Of a stretch of DNA of 64,000 nt, positions 14,001 to 24,368 are shown one piece after another; positions within the stretch are counted from its first letter, which is position 1; every line of letters begins with the position of its first letter. A program made the translations under genes and the position numbers. Source of the stretch: Eledone cirrhosa (lineage: Eukaryota); assembly GCA_964016885.1 (NCBI GenBank), contig OZ024747.1, forward strand, positions 6,820,001-6,884,000, written 5' to 3'. Under the pieces are notes generated by a model, which worked only from the letters and a program-made list of their open reading frames with translations, made no database searches and was not told the DNA's origin.

Positions 14001-16032
14001 ATTCGTGGGTTTACTCAATTGTAAGAAAGGTTCAAATAGAAAAGCTTTGCACTGCAATCATATGCAAGTATTTTGTGCCTAAAGTAGAAACAATTATCAC
14101 AACAAAAATTAGACACCTAAAACCCTAAAAGATTATTTTCATATTCATCTGAAATCATTTTATTGGCGAGAAATCATTTTCTTCCAGTTTCATTTTATTG
14201 TCCACCAATTTATATATCCAAAACGAAAGGGAAAAAATCGCTCTGTCATGCATTTGAGAAGAGGTCGGCTCCATCAGGGGTCACCTGTAGCAACAACAAC
14301 CAAATAACAGCATCTTCGATAGTTTCCGCTTATCAAGTTTAACTCCAAAGATTTGATCCACTCGATATGTTAGAGAGGGATTGACCAGAAAGACAGACAT
14401 ATTTTAACTACACGACCATTGTAAACAGGAAACAATTATACATGTATTGAGTGTATCATTCATGAACCTATAAAAACATTTTTTTTAAAAACAAAAACCT
14501 AAAGCACAGATATGGCCGTGTGGTTAAGGAGTTCGTCCCACAACAGCGTGGCGCTAGAGTTAGTCCCACAGCGCAACTCCTTGAGCAAGTATCTTTTACT
14601 ATAGGTTCTGGTCGACAAATGCCTTATGAATGGAAGAATTTAGTAGACGGAAACAACAGAAGCTTGTGTGTGTGTTTATATCCCACATTATAGGTATTCG
14701 ACAAAAAAAAAAGATCTATATAAAAAATGATAACTGGCTTGCAAAAATAAGTACCCAGGTCGATATGATCGTCTAAAACTCCGTTTAAAGTGGTGCCCCA
14801 GAATGACCGCAGTTTGTCGACCGACATCAGTAAAGTTATAAGAAATACCACCTGCTTGAAGTAGAAAAAGTTGGAAAGGAGGGAACTTAATAGGGGCTCG
14901 GCAGGCAAAATAAGTATTACAATTCTTTTTTTTAGTTCCCAAATAGAATGGACAGGTGACTAATGGTCAGCAAATAGGTCAAATACTAATTAAATAGTTT
15001 CAATGAAACTAAGAATGGGGGTAATAACCGACATTTAATTGACGATCTGGATGAATTAGAAAAAAATAATTCATGTATTAAAAATGTCGTAGTTGTTTAT
15101 CAATTTGCTGGGGCTTTTTTTAATTTTCTACATTTTTCAAATATGTAAAATATCATGTTAGAATTATTCTAACTAAATACGTTTTCGTTTAAATAGATCA
15201 AGTTAAACTTAAATATATTTATATTATTGCTTTAAACTGTAAAAAAAAAACAAAAAACCCAATAAAATGGACTTAAATAAATACATAGATAAATAACGAC
15301 ATAGCTTTACACTCATAACTAATTTCTAAATATAAAAAAAATAAATTTCCGCAGGCAAACAGACAAAAAAAAGTATAAAAAATTTCTTTAAAGTGTGTAA
15401 TAGTCTCCTCATTCCAAAGAAGATGACTAATAAATAGCGATGCCAAAAATAGTAGCAGACGAACCATTCCAAGGTAAACGCAACGGACGGAGATGACATT
15501 AACTACTCATAACTGAATAATATTAACTACAACTATTATATAGATACACAAACAAATTAATTAATTATTCTAAACAATCAATAATTATCGAATATTTTTT
15601 TTGTTTTTGATTTTAAAAAATAAAATAAACTTAACATAAAAAGACAAGAAACGAGGTAGATAGAATTCGACAACAACAATAACAAAGTAATCATATGAAA
15701 AACTTAAAATGCCCAATAAAGCAAAGATGTTTTGAATTGTTTTCTCAGGTTATAAAATACCCGGAGATAATTAGATGTTTTTTAAAATGTACCCCAAGAA
15801 AAATAGTTTATTACTAAAGAATAATCGAGACGATAAACTTGAAGAAATGTACATAAAAACATGGTTTATGATATATTAAAAAGATGGCAGGGTGTTTTTA
15901 TATTAGCTAATATTGAAAAGAAATGATCTGTAGTTATTAGGTGTTTCTAAATAGTTTACTAACCTGGTCACCAGCAATTATTTGTTCATAAGACAGGGAA
16001 GAAGCCACTGCGCCACTTACACAGGCAGCCAT
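2682..16032 (-). CDS. ABRAXAS2: Abraxas-family (FAM175; BRISC/BRCA1-A scaffold, MPN- domain) gene, 8 coding exons, about 606 aa
   Basis: Exons 16032-15964, 11800-11710, 11152-11049, 9354-9155, 8864-8733, 5993-5909, 4336-4120 and 3604-2682 are all GT-AG bounded and phase-compatible (1821 nt). Translation MAACVSGAVASSLSYEQ..GDQFGFLLGKI..DTVSDSQI..FYD..ILKD..EIVGWYRFRRNS..FVFLL..THSYDH..VINLG..coiled coil matches Abraxas/ABRO1 motifs (GFLLG, DSQ, GWYxFRR, NLG). It looks closer to ABRO1 (MAASISG, GWYRFRRN). Paralog assignment is uncertain. Confidence 0.9.
4120..4336 (-). CDS. ABRAXAS2: Abraxas exon 7, coiled coil (KISSLVSDEEKQLESLEAEVEVYEKKVNEL...)
   Basis: Acceptor TTTTTCTAG, donor G|GTAG, heptad pattern, frame of ORF 4070..4300. 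Confidence 0.85.
4685..4997 (+). mobile_element. RTE-clade LINE 3' fragment with (GAT)n tail
   Basis: Degenerate translation LREKL..WYGHVMHM..RGQPRKTW-like..RWR, ending CCATGCAAGCATGAAAAAGCGGACTTAAAACCGATGATGAT. Confidence 0.75.
5909..5993 (-). CDS. ABRAXAS2: Abraxas exon 6 (NRFHDERGDIREVGLVKELSANLLTQLE)
   Basis: Acceptor TTAG, donor GTAAGT, phase 2->0, F..DG.+.E. motif at start of coiled coil. Confidence 0.85.
6286..7502 (-). mobile_element. Non-autonomous Helitron-like element
   Basis: Minus strand starts A|TCTATAAAAGC at 7502 and ends with a GC-rich sub-terminal hairpin remnant (CCAAGCAACGCCGGGC) then CTAG|T at 6286. A|T insertion site, no TSD. Confidence 0.6.
6575..6751 (+). repeat. 91-bp tandem duplication of a SINE-like segment
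   Basis: TCTAAATTTAAGACAGTAGGG...GACCTCATAGAGGATAT occurs at 6575 and 6666. Confidence 0.85.
6998..7503. repeat. About 505-bp palindrome with about 210-bp arms
   Basis: TCTATAAAAGGCAGATTGTT(GT)n..CATGACGCTTTACCCCTCT is mirrored by AGAGGGGTAAAGCGTCATG..(AC)nAACAATCTGCTTTTATAGA. Confidence 0.95.
7505..8132. repeat. Compound microsatellite (CATCATA(TA)n); same motif at 6070-6285
   Basis: Direct reading. ORFs 7505..8137 and 7612..8148 are artefacts of it. Confidence 0.95.
8733..8864 (-). CDS. ABRAXAS2: Abraxas exon 5 (SNEFLPISLSVINLGDTTHSQYK...VVQKF)
   Basis: Acceptor TTTTAG, donor GTATGT, L.V.NLG motif, lies in frame of ORF 8486..8833. Confidence 0.88.
9155..9354 (-). CDS. ABRAXAS2: Abraxas exon 4 (EIVGWYRFRRNSTLQVS...FVFLLTT...THSYDHILYKF)
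   Basis: Hallmark GWYRFRR motif, donor CAG|GTAA, phase 0->2. Confidence 0.92.
9914..10948. repeat. 32-bp minisatellite, about 32 copies, in Abraxas intron 3
   Basis: Unit ATAATAGGGTGTGTAACAGAACATGTAGAAAY, invariant except one C/T position and one 1-nt insertion near 10897. Confidence 0.97.
11049..11152 (-). CDS. ABRAXAS2: Abraxas exon 3 (HISSHLPCSHKTRFYDRRGKIITENLKSILKDKQK)
   Basis: Acceptor TTTGCAG, donor GT, phase 1->0, PC..FYD motif. Confidence 0.88.
11710..11800 (-). CDS. ABRAXAS2: Abraxas exon 2 (FGFLLGKIVVNVKDTVSDSQINATKVETYV)
   Basis: Acceptor TTTTAG, donor GTAAG, GFLLG and DSQI motifs. Confidence 0.9.
12056..12110. other. 55-nt near-perfect hairpin (23-bp stem, 9-nt loop)
   Basis: TTTATTCCCAAAGCAGGGTTTCA / TGAAACCCTGATTTGGGAATAAA, 22 of 23 complementary. 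Confidence 0.85.
14512..14672 (+). mobile_element. tRNA-derived SINE (second family); related copies near 390, 29810, 36500, 47610, 51360 and 53310
   Basis: TGGCCGTGTGGTTAAG head, CCTTGAGCAAGTATCTT core, GTAGACGGAAAC tail followed by (TG)n. Confidence 0.65.
15964..16032 (-). CDS. ABRAXAS2: Abraxas exon 1 (MAACVSGAVASSLSYEQIIAGDQ)
   Basis: ATG in GAAAATGGC context, 69 nt, donor CAG|GTTAGT. Confidence 0.85.
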
Positions 16033-16080
16033 TTTCCTGACAAATTTAATTTACTGACTTACTTCCGCTTCCGCCTTCCG
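16026..16080 (-). promoter_or_regulatory. Abraxas proximal promoter/5' region: three tandem ETS-type CGGAAG cores and a YY1-like AAAATGGC at the start codon
   Basis: CTTCCG at 16062, 16068 and 16075, 30-50 nt upstream of the ATG. This is typical of TATA-less housekeeping promoters. Confidence 0.5.
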
Positions 16081-16508
16081 TAGATTTTTCTTATTGTTAT
16101 GTCGTTAATAAGCAACTTATTATTGTCAAATAGATGGTATTTACTGTAATCTTGTTAGAAAGACATTAGGCGAGATAAGTAAAATATATTACTGGTCGAG
16201 TATATTATATACTTGCTATGAGGGGGGTGGTTAGGCTATATTAATACTGACTAGATATAGAATAGTTATTTATTAAGCGTTGCAGATACGAAGCCAGTTG
16301 TTATATGAAATGGAAATTTAGTTTTCGTAGCTCGATAATAGCAAAAGGTACAACAGATATTTTGCAATTTATAGTTTCAATGATACTACATCTTCCTATA
16401 TTCTTTAGAAGGAACTCGTTCACTTTTTTGCATCGTCCAACATTATTAAAAGCTGTGTAATTGACATTAACATCACTTGAGATCGTCAATTATCGTCTTT
16501 TATAGATC

Positions 16509-16662
16509 GGTCTTCTGATCACCTGGGCTTGGTCTTCTGGTCTCCTGAGCCTGGTCATCTAATCTCCTGGGCCTGGTCATCTGATCTCAGGGACCTAGTC
16601 TTCTGATCATATGGGCCTGGTCATCTGATCTCCTTGTCCTGGTCTTCTGATTACCTGGACCT
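16509..16662. repeat. 22-bp minisatellite x7
   Basis: Unit GGTCWTCTGATCTCCTGGGCCT. Confidence 0.9.
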
Positions 16663-16857
16663 GGGACTGGTCTTAATTCTAATTTTACTGCACAACCACG
16701 CCTCGGAATATTTTTTTCTTATTTGTTCATTGTGCACTAGAAATATCCTCTTATTCTTTACTGTCAATGACGTATTTCTATCACTCTATACTAGATATTT
16801 AGTCTTTTCATGTATTGCACGAGATTTCGGCACATTCTGGCAATAACATCTGCCACT

Positions 16858-17060
16858 TTAGCCCTTTAGCATTTGCATTATTTTATATTTACTATTATAT
16901 TTTCGTGGTAAAGGCTTTATCTCACATAATATCAAATCTATGAGATTTTAATATTATTTATTTTGAGAACAATACCTTATCATCAGTATGAGATGCCGGT
17001 TACAGCCAGTTAGAACAGAAAAAGGTGAGAGAATTCTGGCCAGATATGCTAAAGGGTAAA
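16858..17060 (-). mobile_element. piggyBac-type MITE, inverted relative to the 18018 copy
   Basis: CCCTTTAGCAT...ATGCTAAAGGG termini with degenerate TTAA flanks, internal GAATTCTGGCCAGATATG shared with the other copies. Confidence 0.7.
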
Positions 17061-17689
17061 ACTAATTATGAAGCTATGTAGGGTATTGTACCATATTTAG
17101 GCACATACCACCAATGACATATATCTGCCACTTTAAACTAGTTATCAAATTATGTAGTTTTGCACCAGATTAAGGAACATACTACCATTGACATTTCTAC
17201 CACTCCATATTAGTTATCAAGCTGTTTGGAGTAGTGCACTAGATGACATATTTCTGCCACTTAATATTAGATATCAAGCTATGTAGGGTAGTGTACTACA
17301 AAGGAGCATAAAAACCACAAAAAAAAAACATTGTTATCAGACGTCTATTTTTTTTTATTTTTTTTTTATATTTAAGCTAGGAAAATATTTATTTCTTATT
17401 AGTTTGAAATGACAAACATAAATGCCATAGCTGTCAAAATTCAACACACACATACATATATCTCTATTGCTTAATTACATATTTCACAAAAAATTTAGAA
17501 TCAAAACAAAATAAAATATCAAATCAACATTGTGTGAAGGTGTGCCAGAGCCTCACTCTCTAATACTTTTGGGGACAAGCCAACACACTGGCAGTATTAC
17601 TGCAGAGTTTTCTTACTGGGTAGATAAATAAGCATCAAAAGATCCAAATTGCTTAACTTTAACTCCCATTTTCACAATCTATACCATTC

Positions 17690-17990
17690 TTCCAGACAGC
17701 CAAACCATTAAACATTGGATGATATGGTTGTGTCTTAAAAGGTTTACAATCTATCTTCTTATGCCATTCTAACATCTCATCACAGAACTCTGCAACATTT
17801 TCAGAAAACAATGTACAGAGAATACCATTAGTTTCAGAAATAGTATTTCATACCTACCAGTTATGTGTTATAGTCAAGTTATGTATGATAAATAAGTAAT
17901 GTACCAGTATTTCTCAACACATCAATTCCAACAAAACCATGAAACATTCAGCACCAATTATGATACCATGGCTAGTTTCTTTCTCTAAAA
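17690..17990 (-). mobile_element. Highly degraded LTR-retrotransposon (Ty3/gypsy-like) integrase fragment
   Basis: Minus-strand pieces PW..IGAECF, NGILCTLFSEN..EFC and QPYHPMFNGLA resemble integrase PW..+G.D, G+P..+.SDN and PYHPQSNGL motifs, in the correct order. Confidence 0.4.
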
Positions 17991-18017
17991 CAGCTTCAAA
18001 CTTTCCCATCAGTTGGT

Positions 18018-18240
18018 TTAATCCTTTAGCATTTAAACCAGCCATATCCGGCCAGAATTCTTTCACCTCTTTCTCTTCAAACTGGCTGTAACCAGCAGCT
18101 GATACTGGTGTTAAGGTATTGTTCTCAAAATAAAGATCAAAACCTCATAGATTCGATATTATATGAGATAATTATGTGAAGTAAAGCCTTTTCTGTGAAA
18201 ATATAATAAATATAGAGTAATGTAAATGCTAAAGGGTTAA
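18018..18240 (+). mobile_element. piggyBac-type MITE with TTAA target duplication
   Basis: TTAA-TCCTTTAGCATTTA ... TAAATGCTAAAGGG-TTAA. A second copy lies at about 18588-18840. Confidence 0.8.
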
Positions 18241-18587
18241 GGCTAGCATTACAAGATTTGAGTTTAGGAGATCCTAGTTTTATCTAAAGGTTCTTAGGGA
18301 TGATAATAACATCTCTTCCATGGTCCACTTGCATCTGCACTTGAATATTATTCAACTTAATTCAGGCCAAGAAGCTGACATTGCTGTTTCCAATGGTGAA
18401 AACATTGTTTGATTTTTGGTTACTATCAGCATTAACATCAACTTTGTGCAACTTCTCAAATATTTTTCTTGAAGACTGGCAGAGAAAGTGAAAATAAGTC
18501 TTCTTACAGATATTGCATGCCTTCAAAAAGACAGAACACTTTCCCACACATTGGGTATAGTGATAAAACTTATATATGACCATTGTC

Positions 18588-18840
18588 AATTCTTTTAGCA
18601 TACTATTATTATTCTCAGTAGAAACCAAAGTCAAATCATTTAAACCGGCCATATCTGGCCAGAATTCTCTCACCTCTTTCTGTTTAAACCAGCTGTAACT
18701 GGCCATTCATACTGATGTTAAGGTATTGTTTTCAAAATAAATAATACCAAAATCTCATAGATTCAATATTATGTGAGCTAAAGCCTTTACCATGAAAATA
18801 CAATAGTATATATAGAGTAATGTAAATGTTAAAGGGTTAA
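18588..18840 (+). mobile_element. Second copy of the piggyBac-type MITE
   Basis: Shares CATTTAAACCRGCCATATCYGGCCAGAATTC...AATGTTAAAGGGTTAA with 18018-18240. Confidence 0.75.
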
Positions 18841-19940
18841 AGTGCTGAATATGGCTAACACAGCGTAGCAGCAATATTCCCCGAAACTGCATGTGGTTAA
18901 CTGATAATTTTTTTGTGTACATCATTTAGTACTACATCCCTAAATAATACTATAATTGGTTAGGGGTGTTTTGTGAAAGCTAGTACAATGTAAATTACTG
19001 TATTTCTATATGAACTAATGATGTAGCCTCTATGTGCTCACTCTGCTGGTTAGAAATAGCAAATCCCACATCTACTATTTCCCAAATCCCACCCTACTAT
19101 TTTAGAAAAAGGTCACATTCAATAATGTTATTGTAGATACTGTGGCAGAAAGAAAACATGGGATGGCCATGAATGGAATGCTTTTCATCATAGTCTTTTC
19201 GCGATTAAAGTTGACATGAGGCATAACAACATGTCCATAACTTGAGTAAATAAGTGTGTCAGAATTTTCCCGAAAAACCACTTAATTTAATTCATTAAAT
19301 AAAAATCATGTAGATCAGTATTGAAGCTGTTTAGCTCCAGGTCAGCACTAATTGAACAGGTCTATGATTAAAGGCTTTCCAGTATGATAATCTCGTCTTA
19401 TCTTTTAACGGTTAAGTCTATCAAGGACTATATGTTTTTTTTTTATTAGTCAGGCTGTTTGATATCTATTTTTCCATCTTTTTTTCATTTGTTACTTTTT
19501 TTTCTAGATCAAAAAATATTTTATTTCGAAATACTCAAATATATTCCTAGGATAAAACATTAAGGAGTAAAGAAGGGCAGATCTGGCTATATGGGAAAGT
19601 AGAGGAAAGGACTATAAATGTCATGAGAGGAAAAGGAGGGGGAAAGCAAGGACTTTAGGGACACAGAAGAAAAGGAAGCACTGAGCCTAGGACGCGGCAA
19701 GTATGCGGTAGATTGACAAAATCGTTAAAGCGCTGAACATAAACACCTTGTGGTATTTAGTTACAGCCCTTTATGTTTTAAATTCAGATCCTACCGAAGT
19801 CAACCCCGTTTTTCATCTTTTTTTTGCGGAGGGAGGGATAATGACATATCGATCAAATTCTGAAGTCGATTAATAAATATTCCTACGTCTACCGAATTAT
19901 ATAACCGAAGAAAGAAAAGAAACGACACGAACTGTTATCG

Positions 19941-20097
19941 ATTGGTTACGTCAGCAAGGTATAGCCTCGCTTAGGTTGTGCTATTATCAGTTAAAACACG
20001 TGGTGGCAATTACGAAATCTAGTTGTTATATTTACTTCTTTTTAACGAAAGACAACACTGTTTAGTTTGTGATGCCAGAAGTTTGTGTTTCTGTGAG
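19941..20097 (+). promoter_or_regulatory. Candidate promoter and non-coding first exon of the 21597 zinc-finger gene
   Basis: ATTGG (CCAAT box) at 19941, TTACGTCA (CRE-like) at 19946, CACGTG E-box at 19997, possible donor GAG|GTGA at 20097. A strong acceptor (T-tract..CTACAG) lies at 21516 upstream of the ATG. Confidence 0.4.
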
Positions 20098-20814
20098 GTG
20101 ACAATTTTTTTAAATGCTGTTGAGGGAAACAATGTTCGTTACATTGTAATGAGACCTTATGTAATTTTCAAAATAATACGGGGTTCAAAGAGATAAAGAG
20201 AGGCAGAGTGATTTCTAACTTAAAGCACATCCACGAACTTCGATTATATCGACCGAAATACTTGCTAATCAACGCGTTTGTCAAGAAAGTCACAGAATTT
20301 TCTTTTGGACTTTTCTTTTTACAAGACAAGATTGAAACGGTAAAAGAGAGAAAAAAATAAAAAAGAATCAACCTCAATACTTGGCAGGTACTTTATTTAT
20401 CTATCCTAAAAAGATGAAAAGCGAAGTTTTCCTCGGCGGGATTTATACTCAGCGAGCGAGAACAAACAATGCAATATTTCTATTTTACACTCAAATAATC
20501 ATTCAACTTCTCTACATTGACATGTATTTTGTTCTATTATTTTATATTAGCATACTTGAAGTTTATTTACATATCATAAATATTGAGCTTTAAAGTCTAG
20601 TAAAAATTATTAGTTAAATTTGGATTACTTCCGTGGTGATCGACCTCCTCGGGGGTGGTGGGTGAAAAGTCTGAAGCCCCCCCCCCCCCCATTTCCCGGA
20701 GAAAAAAAGTCTTTGCAGTATGTTCGGATGCAAGATAAATTAGTAGCACACAATGAAACCGAAGGAAAAAGAAATGGTAAAGAAAACTCGGCGTTCCGGG
20801 AGAAAACGTCCTTA

Positions 20815-20912
20815 GGACCATATTAGGAGGTAAGTTTAATTGATAGAGGACCATATTAGGAGGTAAGTTTAATTGATAGAGGACCATATTAGGAGGTAAG
20901 TTTAATTGATAG
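20815..20912 (+). repeat. 33-bp tandem repeat x3
   Basis: GGACCATATTAGGAGGTAAGTTTAATTGATAGA at 20815, 20848 and 20881. Confidence 0.95.
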
Positions 20913-21309
20913 CGCACGAAAAAATATATATACGAAGAAAACACCATTCCCCATTGAAGTCGGTGGGGGATGTCTTTCTATAATAATACCGATTTTTTTT
21001 TTAAATCCAAATGTAGATTCCTTTAATATGGTCACCAAAACAACCTTACAGATGTGTATTCCTTTCATACGGGGTCGATAAAATAAAGTACCAGTAATGT
21101 ATTGAGTAATTGCAGGCCTTGTGCCAAAAGTAGAAACAATTATTTCAGAGTTGTACTTATTTGGTGACTTGATCTGAGACCGTTGCATTCACTTTTCATT
21201 TATTTCTTAGTAGTTCAGTCTATTATGAAGGTACCTGACTTGTCTCAAATCATCCCTCCCAACTCATGCCAACATGGAGCAGTGAACGTAAAAACAATGA
21301 TGATATATA

Positions 21310-21408
21310 CAGGGTGTCCTCCCAAAATGTATACACACTTCAACAGCATTCTAATAAATATTGCCTGTACAGGTAATCAAAGTGTATACATTTTGGAGGG
21401 ACACACTG
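21310..21408. mobile_element. Tc1/mariner-type MITE (about 99 bp); related copies at about 24365-24443 and 44838-44933
   Basis: TA-CAGGGTGTCC..AAAATGTATACAC ... GTGTATACATTTT..GGACACACTG-TA. Confidence 0.8.
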
Positions 21409-21596
21409 TATATAAATTATTGTTCTCTATTTTTTCCCTATAAAATCTTGTTTTTTCCTTGTAAAATATCATGCTTGAAACTTAGCTCTGGTTTTTTTTG
21501 TTTGTTTTTTCTACAGAACTGTACTGAGAATTTCTGCTTTGCTTTTAAAGAAACCATTATACTGTGATATTTTAAATGTTCTAAGGATATTTAACC

Positions 21597-22574
21597 ATGA
21601 AATCCCCTCATCAATGCAAACAGAAGAGGAAGTTGTATAAGTGTGAAAATTGTGGAAATACTATCTCTGTGGATTCTGACACCTTGGTACCAAAGCAAAT
21701 AACCAACACTGTTATATCCAACAATCTTTTATTGTGTGGAGTTTGTGGTAAATCATTCCCTCCATGTAGACTTTTATTATCAAAAGATCCACTGAAGAAG
21801 AAGAAAGCAATAAGCTGTTATGGAATTTGTTGGAAATCTTCCTTCAAAACTAAAGAGTTATCCTACCACCAAAGACTTCTCAGAAGTGATAAACTGTTTT
21901 ACTGTAGAATCTGTGGAAAAGCCTTTATCCAAAACTGTGATTTAACCAGACACATACAGATTCACACTGGAGAGAAACCTTACCGTTGTGAAATTTGTGG
22001 TAAAAATCTATCTCGTAAAAGCACGCTAATTGAACACAAGTGGAATCACACAGGGGAGAAACCATTCCAGTGTGAAATTTGTGGTGAAAGATTCACTCGA
22101 AATAGTTCTTTATCAATGCACAAAAAGAAGCATACTGCTGGTAAACATTATCAGTGTGATGTCTGTGGCAAAATATTCATTCAAATTAATAGTTTATCTT
22201 GTCATAAACGTCTTCACACTGGAGAAAAACCATTTCATTGTGAAATATGTGGCAAAGTTTTCACACAAAGTAGTGACTTGACACGTCACAAACGTATTCA
22301 TACAGGAGATCAACCTTACTGTTGTAAGATTTGCAAGAAAACATTTTCTCAAAATAGCAGTCTTATACGACACAAACGTATTCACACAGGGGAGAAACCA
22401 TATCACTGTGAAATTTGTGGCAAAACATTCTGCCAAAATAGTGATTTATCTTCGCATAAGCGTAGCCACACAGGCGAAAGGCCATACTTTTGTGAGATCT
22501 GTGGTAAAAACTTCTCTGTAAGTAGCCATTTATCTCGCCACAAAAGGGTTCATACAGGAACAAAACCATTGTGA
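21597..22574 (+). CDS. C2H2 (Kruppel-type) zinc-finger protein, 8 intact and 3 degenerate fingers, single coding exon
   Basis: Repeated CxxC-x12-HxxxH with TGEKP/TGERP linkers. The N-terminal CENC, CGVC and CYGIC units lack His ligands. Confidence 0.93.
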   Translation: MKSPHQCKQKRKLYKCENCGNTISVDSDTLVPKQITNTVISNNLLLCGVCGKSFPPCRLLLSKDPLKKKKAISCYGICWKSSFKTKELSYHQRLLRSDKLFYCRICGKAFIQNCDLTRHIQIHTGEKPYRCEICGKNLSRKSTLIEHKWNHTGEKPFQCEICGERFTRNSSLSMHKKKHTAGKHYQCDVCGKIFIQINSLSCHKRLHTGEKPFHCEICGKVFTQSSDLTRHKRIHTGDQPYCCKICKKTFSQNSSLIRHKRIHTGEKPYHCEICGKTFCQNSDLSSHKRSHTGERPYFCEICGKNFSVSSHLSRHKRVHTGTKPL

Positions 22575-22967
22575 GGATTCTTAAAATAAGATAATAAATA
22601 GTTATAATAAACTATTTTCTACTAAATGGAAACAGTATGCATAAGCAGTACAGACTAGCTGCAGAGCAACAATCTTTTTAGACATGGCAGGAAAGACTGA
22701 AACAATGCTACATCAGATACATTCACACCAACATTTGTGACCACCACAAATAAAGGACCCAGGCTGGCCACCACTGACACCTATCCAAATGTCATATCAG
22801 CAGCCACCACTGACACTCCAAATGTTACACTAGTGCTACTACTAAATGTCAAAGGCCTGGTAAAACTTACCAGCCTGAATAAAATCCTCCACAAGCAATC
22901 AAGCAATATGCATGGTACTAATTAAAATGCACTGACAGCTTAAATTTCCACAAAGCTAACTGGAAAA

Positions 22968-23182
22968 GGATTCAGGAGGAAATCAAGCAAAACTGGACCG
23001 ACTGTCTCTGTGGAAGATGTCAACATGCATTTGTAAATTCAATTTCCCAAATAAAATATATAAAAGTTATAATTTATTAACTGATGTTGACTTGTTTTGT
23101 GATTTATCAATTTTCATATGCCATAAATATGAGAAAGCTTACTATCTTCATACTTATGTTCGTTTTTCCACACTTGTTTGTC

Positions 23183-23215
<33 letters not shown>

Positions 23216-23494
23216 GTCATCACTATCATCGTCATCATTGTTTAACGTCTATTATGGGTTATACAGGCTATCATTATGGGACCAGATTCACGAGGAAATC
23301 AAGCAAAACTGGACCGACTGTCTCTGTGGAAGATGTCAACATGCAGTTGTAAATTCAATTTCCCAAATAAAATATATAAAAGTTATAATTTATTAACTGA
23401 TGTTGACTTGTTTTGTGATTTATCAATTTTCATATGCCTTAAATATGAGGAAGCTTACTATCTTCATATTTATGTTTGTTTTTCCACACTTGTA

Positions 23495-23529
<35 letters not shown>

Positions 23530-23852
23530 GTGAAGGCGCGTGGCTGAGTAGTTAGAGAATTGGATTCGCAATTGTGAGGTTGTGAGTTCGATTCACGGAC
23601 CAGGCGATGCGTTATGTCCTTGAGCAAGACACTTCATTTCACGTTGCTCCTTCTACCTGGAGTTGCGACCGATAGATAGTATTAGCAATTGGAAAGACCA
23701 ACGGAAACATTGTTTCCTCGGTCCGATTTGACGAAAGTCGATCGACTAAAAAAAATAAAAAAAAAAAAATATATATATGTCATCACTATCATCGTCATCA
23801 TCCTTGTTTAACGTCTATTATGGGTTATACAGGCTATCATTATGGGACCAGA
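22968..23852 (+). repeat. 316-bp tandem duplication downstream of the ZNF, with a SINE inserted in the second copy
   Basis: AATCAAGCAAAACTGGACCGACTG at 22981 and 23297. The second copy resumes at about 23770 after the SINE. Confidence 0.9.
23530..23770 (+). mobile_element. tRNA-derived SINE with A-rich tail
   Basis: A-box TGGCTGAGTAG, B-box GAGTTCGATTC, CCTTGAGCAAGACACTT core, inserted in (TA)n. Confidence 0.8.
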
Positions 23853-24327
23853 CAAGTCAGGTGACCATGTCTTGCTTATACAATCTGTTTTGAGTTTGGT
23901 TTTCTAAGGCTGGATGCCCTTCCAAACACTTTCCAAGATGCTTTTTGACATGGCCCCAGCACAACCATCTTACAAGATATATACATAATATATGTGTGTG
24001 TATGTCTGCCTAACAGTTTACTTAAGCTTGTATTGACACTATTTAAAGAAAGCAGTGACATTTATTTATGTCCTACATCAAACAATATATCCTGCAGCTT
24101 AGCAATACAACAAAGGTCATTAGTATATATCATACTTAAGAACAAAGTATGGGTTGACATCAGAAAGAGCAGCTTGCCATGAAATTTTTTTTTAAATGAC
24201 GTTTTTATGGCCAGTATAGTATATATTGCTAATGTTAGCTGAACTGCTATACTGCGAGTCATATTGTTTTTGGTAGATTTCTGTAATGTCATGACTGGGA
24301 TTTTTATAAACAGTATCTAGCATACAT

Positions 24328-24368
<41 letters not shown>

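Noticed and set aside
22030-22569. Alternative-frame and antisense ORFs over the zinc-finger genes (also 49037-50344)
   Set aside because: Shadow ORFs typical of C2H2 arrays, with no independent evidence.
23530-23610. tRNA genes suggested by A/B boxes here and in other SINE heads
   Set aside because: No full cloverleaf. The heads continue into SINE cores and tails and occur in many diverged copies.
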